Positions 9,117 to 19,495 of a DNA stretch of 61,900 nt are shown here, one piece after another. Positions within the stretch are counted from its first letter, which is position 1. Each line of letters begins with the position of its first letter. Below the pieces are notes generated by a model. That model was not told where the DNA came from. It worked only from the letters and a program-made list of their open reading frames with translations, and ran no database searches. A program made the translations under genes and the position numbers. Source of the stretch: Candidatus Paceibacter sp. Its GTDB lineage: Bacteria; Patescibacteriota; Patescibacteriia; S139-126. The DNA lies in assembly GCA_020724865.1 (NCBI GenBank), contig DYGA01000003.1, positions 1 through 61,900 on the forward strand, given 5' to 3'.

Positions 9117-10019
9117 TTATTTAGTATTAATTATATCTAAAAATATACTAGCACTTTTTTTATTAGTAAAATTAGTTAACGCGTATTGTCGTGGAGTAAA
9201 GTTAGTTAGATTGTTTAACATTTCATTTAGTTTATCGATAAAATCATTTAATGAGCTAAAGAATTTACCACATTCATTTGTTAGATAAGGGCTTGATAAT
9301 TTAGTATCAGTTATTATATGTTCTTTGTATTGTATTTTACCTTGGTTCCAAACCAGTGTGGGGACATCTCGCATCCACGCTTCTTGCTGGGCAATGCCTT
9401 GGCTTTCTGATTGGGTCAGGAATATTGCCAGTTTAGTTTTGTTTAATTTAGTAAAATAATTAGCTTGTTTGTATTTCCCGTATTTAATTATATCTACTTT
9501 ATAATTTTTTAACTTTACACTTTCAACCAGACGATTTAATAAATCGTCTGGTGAATTTTTTTGATAAACTAAAATTGTGTCTCTTTGAGCTAAAGGTGTT
9601 GGCTCTCCTGGGTCGTCAACCCCAGCTGGCCAAATATATATTTTATCTTTGATAATAGGGGACAGGGAGGAATAAAAATTTTTAGTCCATTCACTAGGTA
9701 ATATTATTTTATCAATCAAAGGATGTTCATAGATAGCATTTGCTTCTTTTGGAGTTACTACAATATTTGGACCAGCAAGTAAAGTTTTTATTTTACCTTG
9801 TTGTTTTTGCTTTATAGCATAGCGTAGGGCTTTGTGATTTTGCAAAACCGCTACTGTATCAGTAGGATATTTTGGATTCAATACATATTTATAACCCAAC
9901 TCAGCCAATCCTTTTTGCAAACTTATAGCCACCATTTGCGGTCCTCGCGCTGGCCTCAAGGTTTCCTTTATATAATCAATTGGGGAGAAGGGTGGTTTAG
10001 TGAGTAGTGTGAGAGTCAT
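9117..10019 (-). CDS. Putative glycosyltransferase (GT-B-like)
   Basis: SESQGIAQQEAW.RDVPTLVW resembles the GT4 E-x7-E motif; glycan-locus context. Confidence 0.65.
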   Translation of the reverse strand: MTLTLLTKPPFSPIDYIKETLRPARGPQMVAISLQKGLAELGYKYVLNPKYPTDTVAVLQNHKALRYAIKQKQQGKIKTLLAGPNIVVTPKEANAIYEHPLIDKIILPSEWTKNFYSSLSPIIKDKIYIWPAGVDDPGEPTPLAQRDTILVYQKNSPDDLLNRLVESVKLKNYKVDIIKYGKYKQANYFTKLNKTKLAIFLTQSESQGIAQQEAWMRDVPTLVWNQGKIQYKEHIITDTKLSSPYLTNECGKFFSSLNDFIDKLNEMLNNLTNFTPRQYALTNFTNKKSASIFLDIINTK

Positions 10020-10022
10020 TTT

Positions 10023-10826
10023 TTAAGTTTTAATTAAACAAATAGTTTTATTTGTTCCTTGGCGCACAAATTCTTCTTTATTTAATTTAAGGTCATAAGT
10101 TTGTTGTAGATTAGGAAAATTAATTTTTATCCAATTAATCCATTGATTAGTATTCATTTGTGTCTGATGTAATTCAATACCATTTCTGATATCAGAAGTA
10201 TGTGTTGTAGAAAAAATAAAGTACCCCCCCTTAATTAAATGTTTATTAATCATTTTAAAAGTATTATAAAGATCTTTTTTATTAATATGTTCCATTACCT
10301 CCCATGCCGTAATGCAGTGAAAAAGATGTGTTTTGCCATTAATGTATATTTGATAATCTTTTACAATATCACAAGTAAATAAATTTTTATTTGATAATTT
10401 TTCCCAGCTGGCGCGTTTATGTTTTAATGAAAAGTCAGAGCCTTCAAGACCTACAGCAAGGTATCCTATATTTACAAAATCGTTGACCATACTACCACCT
10501 GCACATCCAAGATCAAGTATACTTAAAATTTGGTTAGGAAATTTTTTTTCCAAAATATTATTTATTTTTATTACAAATATTTTATTTGTGTTATTATCGT
10601 TTTTTGTTCCGGTAGGAACAATATGATCGGGAGATTCATAAGCTACTGGGTTTTCTGTAAGTACTTGAATTTTTGCATCTATTATATTTTTTTTCTTGAT
10701 GTCATAAATTAAACCATATACTAGCAGTTTGAATAACTTGATAATTTTATTAAAAAGTAAATTATATTTTTTTACTCTTATTAATTCTAATCCTGCTAAG
10801 ATATAGTTATAAATCTTTTTTATCAT
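10023..10826 (-). CDS. Class I SAM-dependent methyltransferase
   Basis: ILDLGCAGG, WEVMEHI, LIKGGYFIF. Confidence 0.85.
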   Translation of the reverse strand: MIKKIYNYILAGLELIRVKKYNLLFNKIIKLFKLLVYGLIYDIKKKNIIDAKIQVLTENPVAYESPDHIVPTGTKNDNNTNKIFVIKINNILEKKFPNQILSILDLGCAGGSMVNDFVNIGYLAVGLEGSDFSLKHKRASWEKLSNKNLFTCDIVKDYQIYINGKTHLFHCITAWEVMEHINKKDLYNTFKMINKHLIKGGYFIFSTTHTSDIRNGIELHQTQMNTNQWINWIKINFPNLQQTYDLKLNKEEFVRQGTNKTICLIKT

Positions 10827-12052
10827 AATTTTATTCTATATTTTTTAAATTTAAAGAAAAAATAAATTGTTCCTAAAATAGGTCTAATAGTTTGAGTATA
10901 GTGGAGAGAGTAGAAAAATCTTCTTATTTTATTTGGGAAAGGATTTTCTATAACGTCAAAATAAATATTTTCTATTTTTTTTATTTGATTTTTAAGATCA
11001 TAATTATTTAAAAAGTTTTTTTTAGCATTGATGGACCTCATTGTATAATACTCTTTGTTGTATTGTAATTTTTTCATTTCCTCAGCATATTCATTTGCAG
11101 TTTTTACCACAATGCCAGCATTTCCAATTGTTTCAATGTGACCATTATTTATCTCGGAAAAATGGCTGATTATTGGTTTACCAAAATGCATTGCTTCTGC
11201 AATTGCTTGCGAGTTGTTTTCACCATCTTTCCTACCATGAGCAAAAACATTTAGAGTATTTAAAAATTTAAATATTTTATCTTTATCACCAGTTGGTGGT
11301 AAGAAATATATATTTTTTATTTTCAGTTCCTCTGCTTGTTTTCTGTATCTATCTGAACCTCCTAGTATAATAAAATAATTGTTTTCTTTTTCAATTTTTT
11401 TATATGCATCCAGAGGAATAGAGGAAAAAATTTTATCATCAGGTCTTTGGTGAAAGCCAAAAATAAATTTGTCTTTAATATTTAATTCATGCTTATAGTC
11501 TCCATATTCTTTATTAGGTATTTCTATGGGCAATGAAACACGAACAATTCTTTTTTTGTCACCACCCTTTTTTATCCATTGTTTAGCCATATAGTCAGTT
11601 ATATGCATAACTCTTGAAATATTATATTGATTGTCAGCGCCTGCGTTTAAATGAATTGAGTCTACTATGGGAGTATTTTTAATTTTATTGAAGGGGTATT
11701 CCATCCTACCTGGTTTTCCAGTTTGAATTATGTCATACTTTTTTTCGTCAAAAATTTGCCAAAAATCCGTATTAATCCATTTATGTGTATAAGTAGAGAG
11801 ATCAATACTGCCAATATTGAATTTAATTAAATTTACCCCATGTTCCTTCATAAATTTTATTCTCTCTGGGTCGGTGTCAAGATAATTTAAATCAGAGTAT
11901 AATACTTGTGTTTTATCAGAATAGTAGTAATCTACCGCAAATTTATCTTTTGATAAGTTGGCAGCAATAGTTTGTAAAAATTTTTCTGTTCCTCCAATTG
12001 AAAGACCTCCTGATTTAACAAAAGCGATTTTTATTTTTTTTGTTTTATCCAT
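10823..12052 (-). CDS. Glycosyltransferase (GT4-like)
   Basis: GGTEK near the N-terminus; GENNSQAIAEAM.FGKPII. Confidence 0.8.
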   Translation of the reverse strand: MDKTKKIKIAFVKSGGLSIGGTEKFLQTIAANLSKDKFAVDYYYSDKTQVLYSDLNYLDTDPERIKFMKEHGVNLIKFNIGSIDLSTYTHKWINTDFWQIFDEKKYDIIQTGKPGRMEYPFNKIKNTPIVDSIHLNAGADNQYNISRVMHITDYMAKQWIKKGGDKKRIVRVSLPIEIPNKEYGDYKHELNIKDKFIFGFHQRPDDKIFSSIPLDAYKKIEKENNYFIILGGSDRYRKQAEELKIKNIYFLPPTGDKDKIFKFLNTLNVFAHGRKDGENNSQAIAEAMHFGKPIISHFSEINNGHIETIGNAGIVVKTANEYAEEMKKLQYNKEYYTMRSINAKKNFLNNYDLKNQIKKIENIYFDVIENPFPNKIRRFFYSLHYTQTIRPILGTIYFFFKFKKYRIKL

Positions 12053-12066
12053 CTTTATTGTTTGGG

Positions 12067-12849
12067 TTATTTTATATGTAAGTTTAAAAAATCTAGCATT
12101 CTTTTGAAAAAAGGTATAATTTTTTTAAGTATTTTATATGGTAATACTTTTATTACTAATTTTACTATTTTCTGTTTTTTATTTATTCTTATTTTTCTAT
12201 CCCAATTTATATTTAAAATATCTCCTTTAAATCCATCATGATTTTCGTCATTGAAATTTATTTGTTGAGGTAGAAGACCTGCTTCATAGAGGGTTCGAAT
12301 ATCACCGCCATCCCTTCTTAATTGAGGTAATAAAAAATTGCCATTCTGGACGATAGCAGCGACATTATAACCATATTGAATGAATTTTCCTGTTTTTACA
12401 TTGAAGCCGTTAAGTAACAATACATAGATTAGTTGTCCAACATTCCAACCTGTTGTCGCATGACCAGAAATAACATAATTTGAATATGGGGGTACAAATA
12501 TAAGTAAATAACCATCATTTTTCAATACTCTTTTTATCTCTTGTAATACAATACCTACATCTAGACAATGTTCCAACACATGACTAAGTACAACAGCATC
12601 AAAAGATTTATCTGGGAAAGGCATTTTTTCAACATAGCAGTCAATAATTGATATATTATTCTCAGTAAATTTTTTTTTGTTAATATTATAGGAATCTATT
12701 TCGATACCAGTTGCTGTTACCTTTTTACCTTTGTTTGCAAACCAAAGGGATATTTCACCGTCGCCTACGCCTATATCAAGTACAGTATTTATTTTATCAA
12801 GAGGAGCGTCTTCTAATAGAGTAAGTATATCTAACATTCTTTGGTCCAT
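12067..12849 (-). CDS. Class I SAM-dependent methyltransferase (Methyltransf_11-like)
   Basis: VLDIGVGDG, MPFPDKSFDAV, HVLEH, RVLK.DG. Confidence 0.88.
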   Translation of the reverse strand: MDQRMLDILTLLEDAPLDKINTVLDIGVGDGEISLWFANKGKKVTATGIEIDSYNINKKKFTENNISIIDCYVEKMPFPDKSFDAVVLSHVLEHCLDVGIVLQEIKRVLKNDGYLLIFVPPYSNYVISGHATTGWNVGQLIYVLLLNGFNVKTGKFIQYGYNVAAIVQNGNFLLPQLRRDGGDIRTLYEAGLLPQQINFNDENHDGFKGDILNINWDRKIRINKKQKIVKLVIKVLPYKILKKIIPFFKRMLDFLNLHIK

Positions 12850-12892
12850 ATTTTATAAATTAAATTTTTTAATAAAATAATGTTTGCCTTGT

Positions 12893-13349
12893 TTAATAAT
12901 TTATAATAAGATAATTATTTTTTATATCACATTTTATCACCATTTTCACGTCTTTAGGGGGATCGCTTATTAAGATTGATTGTTTGAGATCAATGTTATA
13001 TTTTTACTTGCTTGTATAAGTTGTTTTGATTTTCGGCAATTACATTAATTTTTATTGTATGGGTAGTAAAATATATCCAGTATATCGTTTTTCTTTTTAA
13101 CTTTTTTCAACATAAAGGCATATATAGTTTAAAGTTTTTTCCAGTTAAAATTCCTCTGGCTATACCGCGTTTGTTTGTAATTATAGTAATTTTGTATCTT
13201 TTTTGAATAAGCATGACAAGCAGTTCAAAAATTCCTTTGTTGAATTTAAAATCATTTAATTTAGTGATATATTCATGAGGTTTAGAATTTTTATTTATCA
13301 CTATATTCCTGTCAATAAAAGCAATTTTTATTTTATTATTTAGCATCAA
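12893..13349 (-). pseudogene. gmhB: Decayed D,D-heptose 1,7-bisphosphate phosphatase
   Basis: AFIDRNIVIN (for DRDGVIN) and ITNKRGIARG, then in other frames ILDIFYYPY…*CNCRK and KYNIDLKQSILISD; two frameshifts and one in-frame stop. Confidence 0.8.
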
Positions 13350-13920
13350 AATAATCTTTAAAATAGTTGGTTAGTAAGTGTAGTAATAATCCGTGTGCGC
13401 TTTCAACTACACCATATTCTCCTTTATCGGTAGGTATGTGTAGTTTTGCATCGGCTATTTTGTATAGTCTTCCACCATCAAAACCAGTTAGACCAATAAC
13501 TGGAATATTGTTTTTCTTGCATAAGTCGACGGCTTTGATAATATTTTCTGAATTTCCAGAGCTGCTAATTGCTATAACACAATCTGTTTCTTTGAGATAA
13601 TTTTTTAAAGGTCCAGCAAAAACCATATCATAACCAACGTCATTTGCCCAAGCAGTAAGTTCTTCTTCCGTGGTTGGTATTCTAATAGCTTGAAAGCGTT
13701 TTATATTTTTTTCTAAGTTGTGACTAAAAACAGTTTTATTGAAATCACTAACCCAATGTGTTGCTAGTGCCAATGAGCCACCATTGCCAAATATATATAT
13801 TCTGCCGTCGCGTTCATATGTTTCTTCAATTATATGTATAGCTTTGGCTATTTCTTGATTAGATATTTTTTTTATTGCTACTTCTGTTTTTTTTATAAAA
13901 TTTTCAATATATTTATCCAT
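13336..13920 (-). CDS. gmhA: Phosphoheptose isomerase (SIS domain); start moved to MDKYIE
   Basis: IFGNGGS, TAWANDVGY, AISSSGNSENI, GLTGFDGG, VES.H. Confidence 0.85.
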   Translation of the reverse strand: MDKYIENFIKKTEVAIKKISNQEIAKAIHIIEETYERDGRIYIFGNGGSLALATHWVSDFNKTVFSHNLEKNIKRFQAIRIPTTEEELTAWANDVGYDMVFAGPLKNYLKETDCVIAISSSGNSENIIKAVDLCKKNNIPVIGLTGFDGGRLYKIADAKLHIPTDKGEYGVVESAHGLLLHLLTNYFKDYFDAK

Positions 13921-13924
13921 ATTT

Positions 13925-14932
13925 TTATGAATTATTGAATAAAATGTCAGTTCCCGATTGGGTAAATCTAAATGGAATTTCTTCGAATTCATATAACCCT
14001 AGTGATTTAGTAAAGTTTTCTAGATTTTTTTTAAGTTCATTTTTTTTATTTGGTTCAGATATAAATAGTAAACATCCGCCATTGCCAGCTCCTAGTATTT
14101 TACCGCCCCAAGCTCCATTTTTAAGAGCAAATTGATAAATTTTATCTATTTGTGAGTTGGAGATATTTTCGGATAAACTTTTTTTTCTGAGCCAGCTTTC
14201 ATGTAGCATTTCAGCAATTTTTTTGTAGTCAGATTTTAAAAGATATTTTTTGAAGTCATATACTGAGTCTGACATTTTTTTGTAAGTTTCTAATTGATTT
14301 GGCAATTTTTGTTGTTGTTTGGCTAGTACATCTGAGGCATTTCTAGTCATGCCTGTGTAAAATAATGATAAATGTGAGTTGAAGTTATTAAGTTGTTTGA
14401 AATCCATTAATACAGGTTCCACGTTCACAGATTCATCTGGGTTGAATTGAATTATATTTAATCCACCATAAGCAGCAGCGTATTGATCTTGTTTTCCAAT
14501 TGGTTCTTTTAAAATTTCAATTTCTAAACGGCTGGCTTCTTTAGCAATTTTTTCTTTACTAGCATTTTCTCCTTGCAAAGCGTAAATTGCTTTGATCAGA
14601 GCACAACTAAAACTAGAAGAAGATCCTAAACCAGTTTTACTTGGTAAGTCAGCAATACTGCTTATTTCTAAAGGTTTATCAGAATTTTTATAATACTCTT
14701 GTATAGCAGCCCGAAAACGAGTATTTTTTATTTCATTTGGGGACCGAACTATTTCTGTTAAACTATATTTTAAAATAAAATCTTTGTTAAAAACATTTTT
14801 ATTTAAAGCAATATAGACATATTTATCTATAGTGGTTGATATAACTCTTCCTGGATATTGATGATAAAATTTAGGTAGATCTGTACCTCCGCCAACGAAA
14901 CTTATTCGCAATGAAGCTCTGGTTATTATCAT
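13925..14932 (-). CDS. hddA: D-glycero-alpha-D-manno-heptose-7-phosphate kinase (GHMP family)
   Basis: RISFVGGGTD, P..TGLGSSS, GKQDQY, GGKILGAGNGG. Confidence 0.85.
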   Translation of the reverse strand: MIITRASLRISFVGGGTDLPKFYHQYPGRVISTTIDKYVYIALNKNVFNKDFILKYSLTEIVRSPNEIKNTRFRAAIQEYYKNSDKPLEISSIADLPSKTGLGSSSSFSCALIKAIYALQGENASKEKIAKEASRLEIEILKEPIGKQDQYAAAYGGLNIIQFNPDESVNVEPVLMDFKQLNNFNSHLSLFYTGMTRNASDVLAKQQQKLPNQLETYKKMSDSVYDFKKYLLKSDYKKIAEMLHESWLRKKSLSENISNSQIDKIYQFALKNGAWGGKILGAGNGGCLLFISEPNKKNELKKNLENFTKSLGLYEFEEIPFRFTQSGTDILFNNS

Positions 14933-15660
14933 AATATTTTAAATAATTTATTAATTTTTTTCTTAGCTTGATTGTATGAATCTATGGTACCAATATCAAT
15001 AAAATAATCGTTCATAATATATATATAAACATTTGTTTTTTTTATTAGTATAGGTAAAATATCTTTTGCAAAATCAATTGGGTATTTTTTATAATTTTTT
15101 AAAAAAGAAAATACTTGATTGTTAAAGACATAAATACCGGCGTTGGCGTAGTGGCTTTTTATTTCTTCTGGTTTAGGTTTTTCTTTGAGTAACTTAATTT
15201 TTTTATTTCGGTCAAACTCTATTATTCCCTTGCTTTCAGGATTTTTTTCATAATAACTGACAATGGTTGCTACCCCATTTTTTTGTCTATGAAAGTTCAA
15301 TACTTTTTTAATATTAACATTAGTAAGATTATCTCCGTAGTAAACTAAAAAAGTTTTTTCTTTGACAAAGTAGTTTTTATTTTTAAGCAGAGTGCCTCCG
15401 CTGCCTAGAAGTGTGGGTTCGTAAGTTACTTTTATTTTTATATCAGTATGTTTTTTTTCATAATTACTTGCAAATTTTTTAATTTTATTTGACAAATAAT
15501 GAGAATTTATTAGGAATTTATCAAAACCATACTTATTTAGATAAGTTAAAGTATGTTCCAATAATGGTTTATTTCCGACTTTTATCAATGGTTTTGGCAC
15601 TTTGTTAGTAAGTGGTCGTAATCTAGTACCTAAGCCAGCAGCTAGTATCAAAGCTTTCAT
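14929..15660 (-). CDS. Sugar-1-phosphate nucleotidyltransferase (HddC-like by context)
   Basis: ILAAGLGTRLRPLT..VPKPL, NAGIY, DIGT. Confidence 0.85.
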   Translation of the reverse strand: MKALILAAGLGTRLRPLTNKVPKPLIKVGNKPLLEHTLTYLNKYGFDKFLINSHYLSNKIKKFASNYEKKHTDIKIKVTYEPTLLGSGGTLLKNKNYFVKEKTFLVYYGDNLTNVNIKKVLNFHRQKNGVATIVSYYEKNPESKGIIEFDRNKKIKLLKEKPKPEEIKSHYANAGIYVFNNQVFSFLKNYKKYPIDFAKDILPILIKKTNVYIYIMNDYFIDIGTIDSYNQAKKKINKLFKIL

Positions 15661-16661
15661 GTTGTGTTTTTTAATTTATAATCAAAGGTGGTTTTAATAA
15701 TTTGTTCTATTTTTCTGTATTTTGGTTGCCATCCCAATTTTTTATATGCTAAAGATGAGTCGGCAATTAGTTGTGAAGGGTCTCCTGGTCTACGATTAAC
15801 AAATTCGTATTTAATTTTTAGGCCGGTAATTTTTTCTGTTGTTTTTATTAAATCTAATACACTATAACCTTTGTTGATGCCTAAGTTATAAAATTCACAT
15901 ATATTTTTTGTTTGTAATTTTTTTATCGCTAAAATATGTGCTTCAGCCAAATCATTTACATGTATATAATCTCTAATACCCGTACCATCTTTGGTAGGAA
16001 AGTTATGTCCATAAACATAAAATTTTTTTCTTAATCCTAAGGCAGTTTCAATTAATACAGGTATAATATGATTTTCCGGATTATGATATTCGCCTATAGT
16101 TTGTGATTCATCAACTCCTGACGCACAAAAATATCTAAACGAAATTGAATTTAATCCGTAAGCTTTATTATAATCGATTAAAAAATTTTCAAAAACTAAT
16201 TTAGTATACCCATAGGGATTAGTTGGATTTTTTGGATGATTTTCTTTGATAAATTTTGTTTTTGGTTCTCCGTAAATAGCCGCTGAAGATGAAAATATTA
16301 TTTTATTAATATTATTTTTTATCATCGCTTCTAATAAATTTAACCCCCCTATAATATTGTTTGCATAATAGTCAGCAGGATTTTTTACTGAATCAGGTAC
16401 ACTAGCTAGAGCAGCAAAATGTGCAACCAGATCTACTTTTTTTGATTTAAAGAATTTATTTAATTTATTTTTGTTTTTCAAATCAATATTATAATAATTA
16501 ATGTTTTTGTCTTTGATTATATTTTTTTTACCTTGCTGAAAATTGTCTAATACATATATATAAAATTTTTTAGTTAGATTTAGTTTATTTACAAAATGAG
16601 CGCCAATATATCCAGCACCTCCAGTTACACAAATATTTTTAATTAATTTTTTATTCTTCAT
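15657..16661 (-). CDS. galE: UDP-glucose 4-epimerase
   Basis: TGGAGYIG, HFAA…V..SV, FSSSAA.YG, PYG.TK, DGT.IRDYIHV.DLA. Confidence 0.88.
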   Translation of the reverse strand: MKNKKLIKNICVTGGAGYIGAHFVNKLNLTKKFYIYVLDNFQQGKKNIIKDKNINYYNIDLKNKNKLNKFFKSKKVDLVAHFAALASVPDSVKNPADYYANNIIGGLNLLEAMIKNNINKIIFSSSAAIYGEPKTKFIKENHPKNPTNPYGYTKLVFENFLIDYNKAYGLNSISFRYFCASGVDESQTIGEYHNPENHIIPVLIETALGLRKKFYVYGHNFPTKDGTGIRDYIHVNDLAEAHILAIKKLQTKNICEFYNLGINKGYSVLDLIKTTEKITGLKIKYEFVNRRPGDPSQLIADSSLAYKKLGWQPKYRKIEQIIKTTFDYKLKNTT

Positions 16662-17617
16662 ATTGAAAAAATTTTATTTATCTTCCTTTTAATTTTTATT
16701 ATGGGTTGTAAATAGATATGTAACTTTGATGATTTTGGTTTTCTTCCTGTTCTTTTTATAAATTCATTTTCTAACTCTTTTATATCCCAAATTTCAAGAG
16801 GTTCAAAAAATTCTATGCCGTATAAATCAAAAAATTTTAAGAGTGCTGGTAAGTGCCAATCAAGTGGCAATTTTTCAACATTTTTTGGAAGATCAATCCC
16901 TTCTAACCATTCAGCAGGTGTATCTGAAAGATGAAATTGTTTTTTTTCAGCTGGATTATAGTATCGATTATTTATTTTAGCATAACTTTCTTGTTTTTCT
17001 ATAAGGTCAGAACATCTTACCCATGCTTGTTTTAGCATTAGATTTTTCCAGTTAACAGATGTAAAATGTAGACATACGCCTTGATTATTATTTATTTTAA
17101 TTATGTTTTCTTGTTTATTTTCACCTGGTGTTCTTCCAACGTGCATAAAATTATATTCGTGCTGCATCCCCGGTTTATCAAAAAAAATAAAATCTTTAAA
17201 ATTATCTTTAAATAGTGATCTCTTGTCATCTAGATATTGTAAATGATTTTTCCAAAGATAAATCCATTGCATAGAAATTTTTTGACCTGGCCGCAATTTT
17301 TTTATAATATCTTTTCCGTTTTTTAAAAAATTGGCAGATAAAACTTCATCAGCATCTAAGCATATAAAATGTGTTCCACCATGCTCACGCCCCAATTTTA
17401 ATAAATTTTGTCTTATAGAGTATTCTGGCCATCCACTTTTTAATTTTTCCTTATTTTCATATACAAAAGCACCAGCATCACATAATATTTGTTTTGAATT
17501 GTCAGTTGAACCGTCGTCAATTGCAATTATCTCATCAGCTATTTTTTTCATTGATGATAAATAGGTAGGAAGTATCCAAGACTCGTTTTTTACTGGAAGA
17601 AGGGCAATTATTTTCAT
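16658..17617 (-). CDS. Glycosyltransferase family 2
   Basis: IDDGSTDNS, LDADE. Confidence 0.85.
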   Translation of the reverse strand: MKIIALLPVKNESWILPTYLSSMKKIADEIIAIDDGSTDNSKQILCDAGAFVYENKEKLKSGWPEYSIRQNLLKLGREHGGTHFICLDADEVLSANFLKNGKDIIKKLRPGQKISMQWIYLWKNHLQYLDDKRSLFKDNFKDFIFFDKPGMQHEYNFMHVGRTPGENKQENIIKINNNQGVCLHFTSVNWKNLMLKQAWVRCSDLIEKQESYAKINNRYYNPAEKKQFHLSDTPAEWLEGIDLPKNVEKLPLDWHLPALLKFFDLYGIEFFEPLEIWDIKELENEFIKRTGRKPKSSKLHIYLQPIIKIKRKINKIFSI

Positions 17618-18537
17618 TTATAAATAATTAATTTTTTTATAAAAAATTTAAAATTTATCCACCATTTTCTTATTTTTATATTAAGTAGGTTTTTACCACG
17701 AAGAAAATACTGATTATATCTATCTTTCATCAGTTGTTCATAATTGGGAACAAAATTACTTACATGCATCCATTGATTTTGTTGTAACAAGTAAGGAATA
17801 TTATATCGAGTTGCTTGGGGGTATAAAAATTTATCTATTTTATTATATAAACCATAACGAGAAAATATAACAACATTTTCCACTGGTCGGAGAGAGTCTG
17901 GTTTGGTACTTGCTCCTTTTCCTTCATCAAGATAATAACCAAGTAAACCAGGTGCCATAACTGCTTTACCATTGAGTGCTAGACGTAAAGCTAAGTCAAA
18001 ATCAGGCCCTTGTTTTAACTGTTCATCAAAATAACCAGCTTTTTCACATAAAGATTTTTTAAACATAAAAAATGGCCCAAGTATCATAGCAGTTGTCAGG
18101 TATGAACTTGGAAAATTCTTATGGGAAACTAATTTGCCTTTTTTAGATCCAAACGATCGGACAATCAAAAAATCACCATAGACTATATCTATGTCGGGAT
18201 TATTTTCCATAAGTTCAGCTTGTTGTTCTATAGAGTCAGGTGTTCTCAGATCATCAACATTCCAGATAGTTACGTATTTACCGCTAGCTTCTCTGATACA
18301 GTGATTCATAGAAGTGCCAATAGGTTCTACAGGAGTAGTAATTATATGTTTTAGTTTTCCTGGATATTTAGATTGGAATTCTTTTACCCAAGAAATTTCT
18401 TCTTCATCTGGTTCATTGTGATCAAGAACAATTTCCAACTTGTCAAAATAAGTTTGTTTAGGAAGTTCCTCAAGAAAAAGTTTAAGGTAACGTTTCATTC
18501 TAAAACAGGGGGTGATGGTACTTACTAGGGGAGTCAT
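17614..18537 (-). CDS. Glycosyltransferase family 2 (start MTPLV)
   Basis: PLVSTITP, WNVDD, DFDLALRL. Confidence 0.85.
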   Translation of the reverse strand: MTPLVSTITPCFRMKRYLKLFLEELPKQTYFDKLEIVLDHNEPDEEEISWVKEFQSKYPGKLKHIITTPVEPIGTSMNHCIREASGKYVTIWNVDDLRTPDSIEQQAELMENNPDIDIVYGDFLIVRSFGSKKGKLVSHKNFPSSYLTTAMILGPFFMFKKSLCEKAGYFDEQLKQGPDFDLALRLALNGKAVMAPGLLGYYLDEGKGASTKPDSLRPVENVVIFSRYGLYNKIDKFLYPQATRYNIPYLLQQNQWMHVSNFVPNYEQLMKDRYNQYFLRGKNLLNIKIRKWWINFKFFIKKLIIYK

Positions 18538-18541
18538 ATAT

Positions 18542-19486
18542 TTAAGCATTATAATAAGGATTTTCTATATTTATAATTTCACAAATTTTGATTAGTTCAT
18601 CAATGCCTTGTTCCATAGATATAGTATTGTGAAAACCTAAATTGTGTATTTTGTCATAAGAAACCATATAATCACGCTGATCTAAATCGTGACCAACATC
18701 AGCAAAGTGTAAATAATAATCAACCTTTTCTTTAATCATTAAACAAATTTGTTCTTTACTATAATTCATTTTATTATCACCGACATTGTAAACCTCACCG
18801 TTCATTTTTTCATAATTTTCTAAAGCAAATATAAATGCTTTCCCCATGTCACGTACATGAATAAATGTACGCATAAAATGTTTTTCATAGACAATTAGAG
18901 TTTTTTCTTTTACAGCTTTGTAGGTGAAATCATTTGGCAATAGATCAAATCTCATTCTAGGAGAGATGCCAAAAGCCGTAGCAAAGCGATAAATAACAAA
19001 CTGTTCATTGGTTTTTATAATATTTTCTGCTTCTACTTTTTGTTCCGCGTAGTTACTTAAAGGATTTAACGGTGTTGTTTCCGTGCAGTATTTTTCAATC
19101 AGTTTTCCGTATGTACTACCAGTAGAAGCAAAAAGTATAGGAATTTTTTTATTTACACAATCAACTAAATTTTTTGTACCATTTACATTTATGTCTCGTG
19201 ACAGTTCTGGTTCTTTGCGGCAGGCGGGATAACCAACAATTGCCGCCAGATGAATAATAGCGTCTATTCCATTTAGAGCTTGGGTGACATTTTCCTTGCT
19301 TCTTACATCACCTTTAATAAAAGTAAAATTTGGATTACCAAAAAAATGCATAATACTTTGCGGACCCCAACGTAAAGTATCAAGGATAGTTACTTTGTAA
19401 CCTTGTTGTAATAGCATTTCTGTGAGGGGAGTACCTACATAACCAGCTCCACCCGTGATAAGAATATGGTTAAATTTTTTTGTCAT
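18542..19486 (-). CDS. NAD-dependent SDR resembling the GDP-D-glycero-D-manno-heptose C4-dehydrogenase Cj1427 of Campylobacter
   Basis: TGGAGYVG, LAAIVG.P.C, RFATAFGISPRMRFDLL.NDFTY, E.HF.R.FIHVRD, D.DQRDY. Confidence 0.75.
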   Translation of the reverse strand: MTKKFNHILITGGAGYVGTPLTEMLLQQGYKVTILDTLRWGPQSIMHFFGNPNFTFIKGDVRSKENVTQALNGIDAIIHLAAIVGYPACRKEPELSRDINVNGTKNLVDCVNKKIPILFASTGSTYGKLIEKYCTETTPLNPLSNYAEQKVEAENIIKTNEQFVIYRFATAFGISPRMRFDLLPNDFTYKAVKEKTLIVYEKHFMRTFIHVRDMGKAFIFALENYEKMNGEVYNVGDNKMNYSKEQICLMIKEKVDYYLHFADVGHDLDQRDYMVSYDKIHNLGFHNTISMEQGIDELIKICEIINIENPYYNA

Positions 19487-19495
19487 ATAATTATT

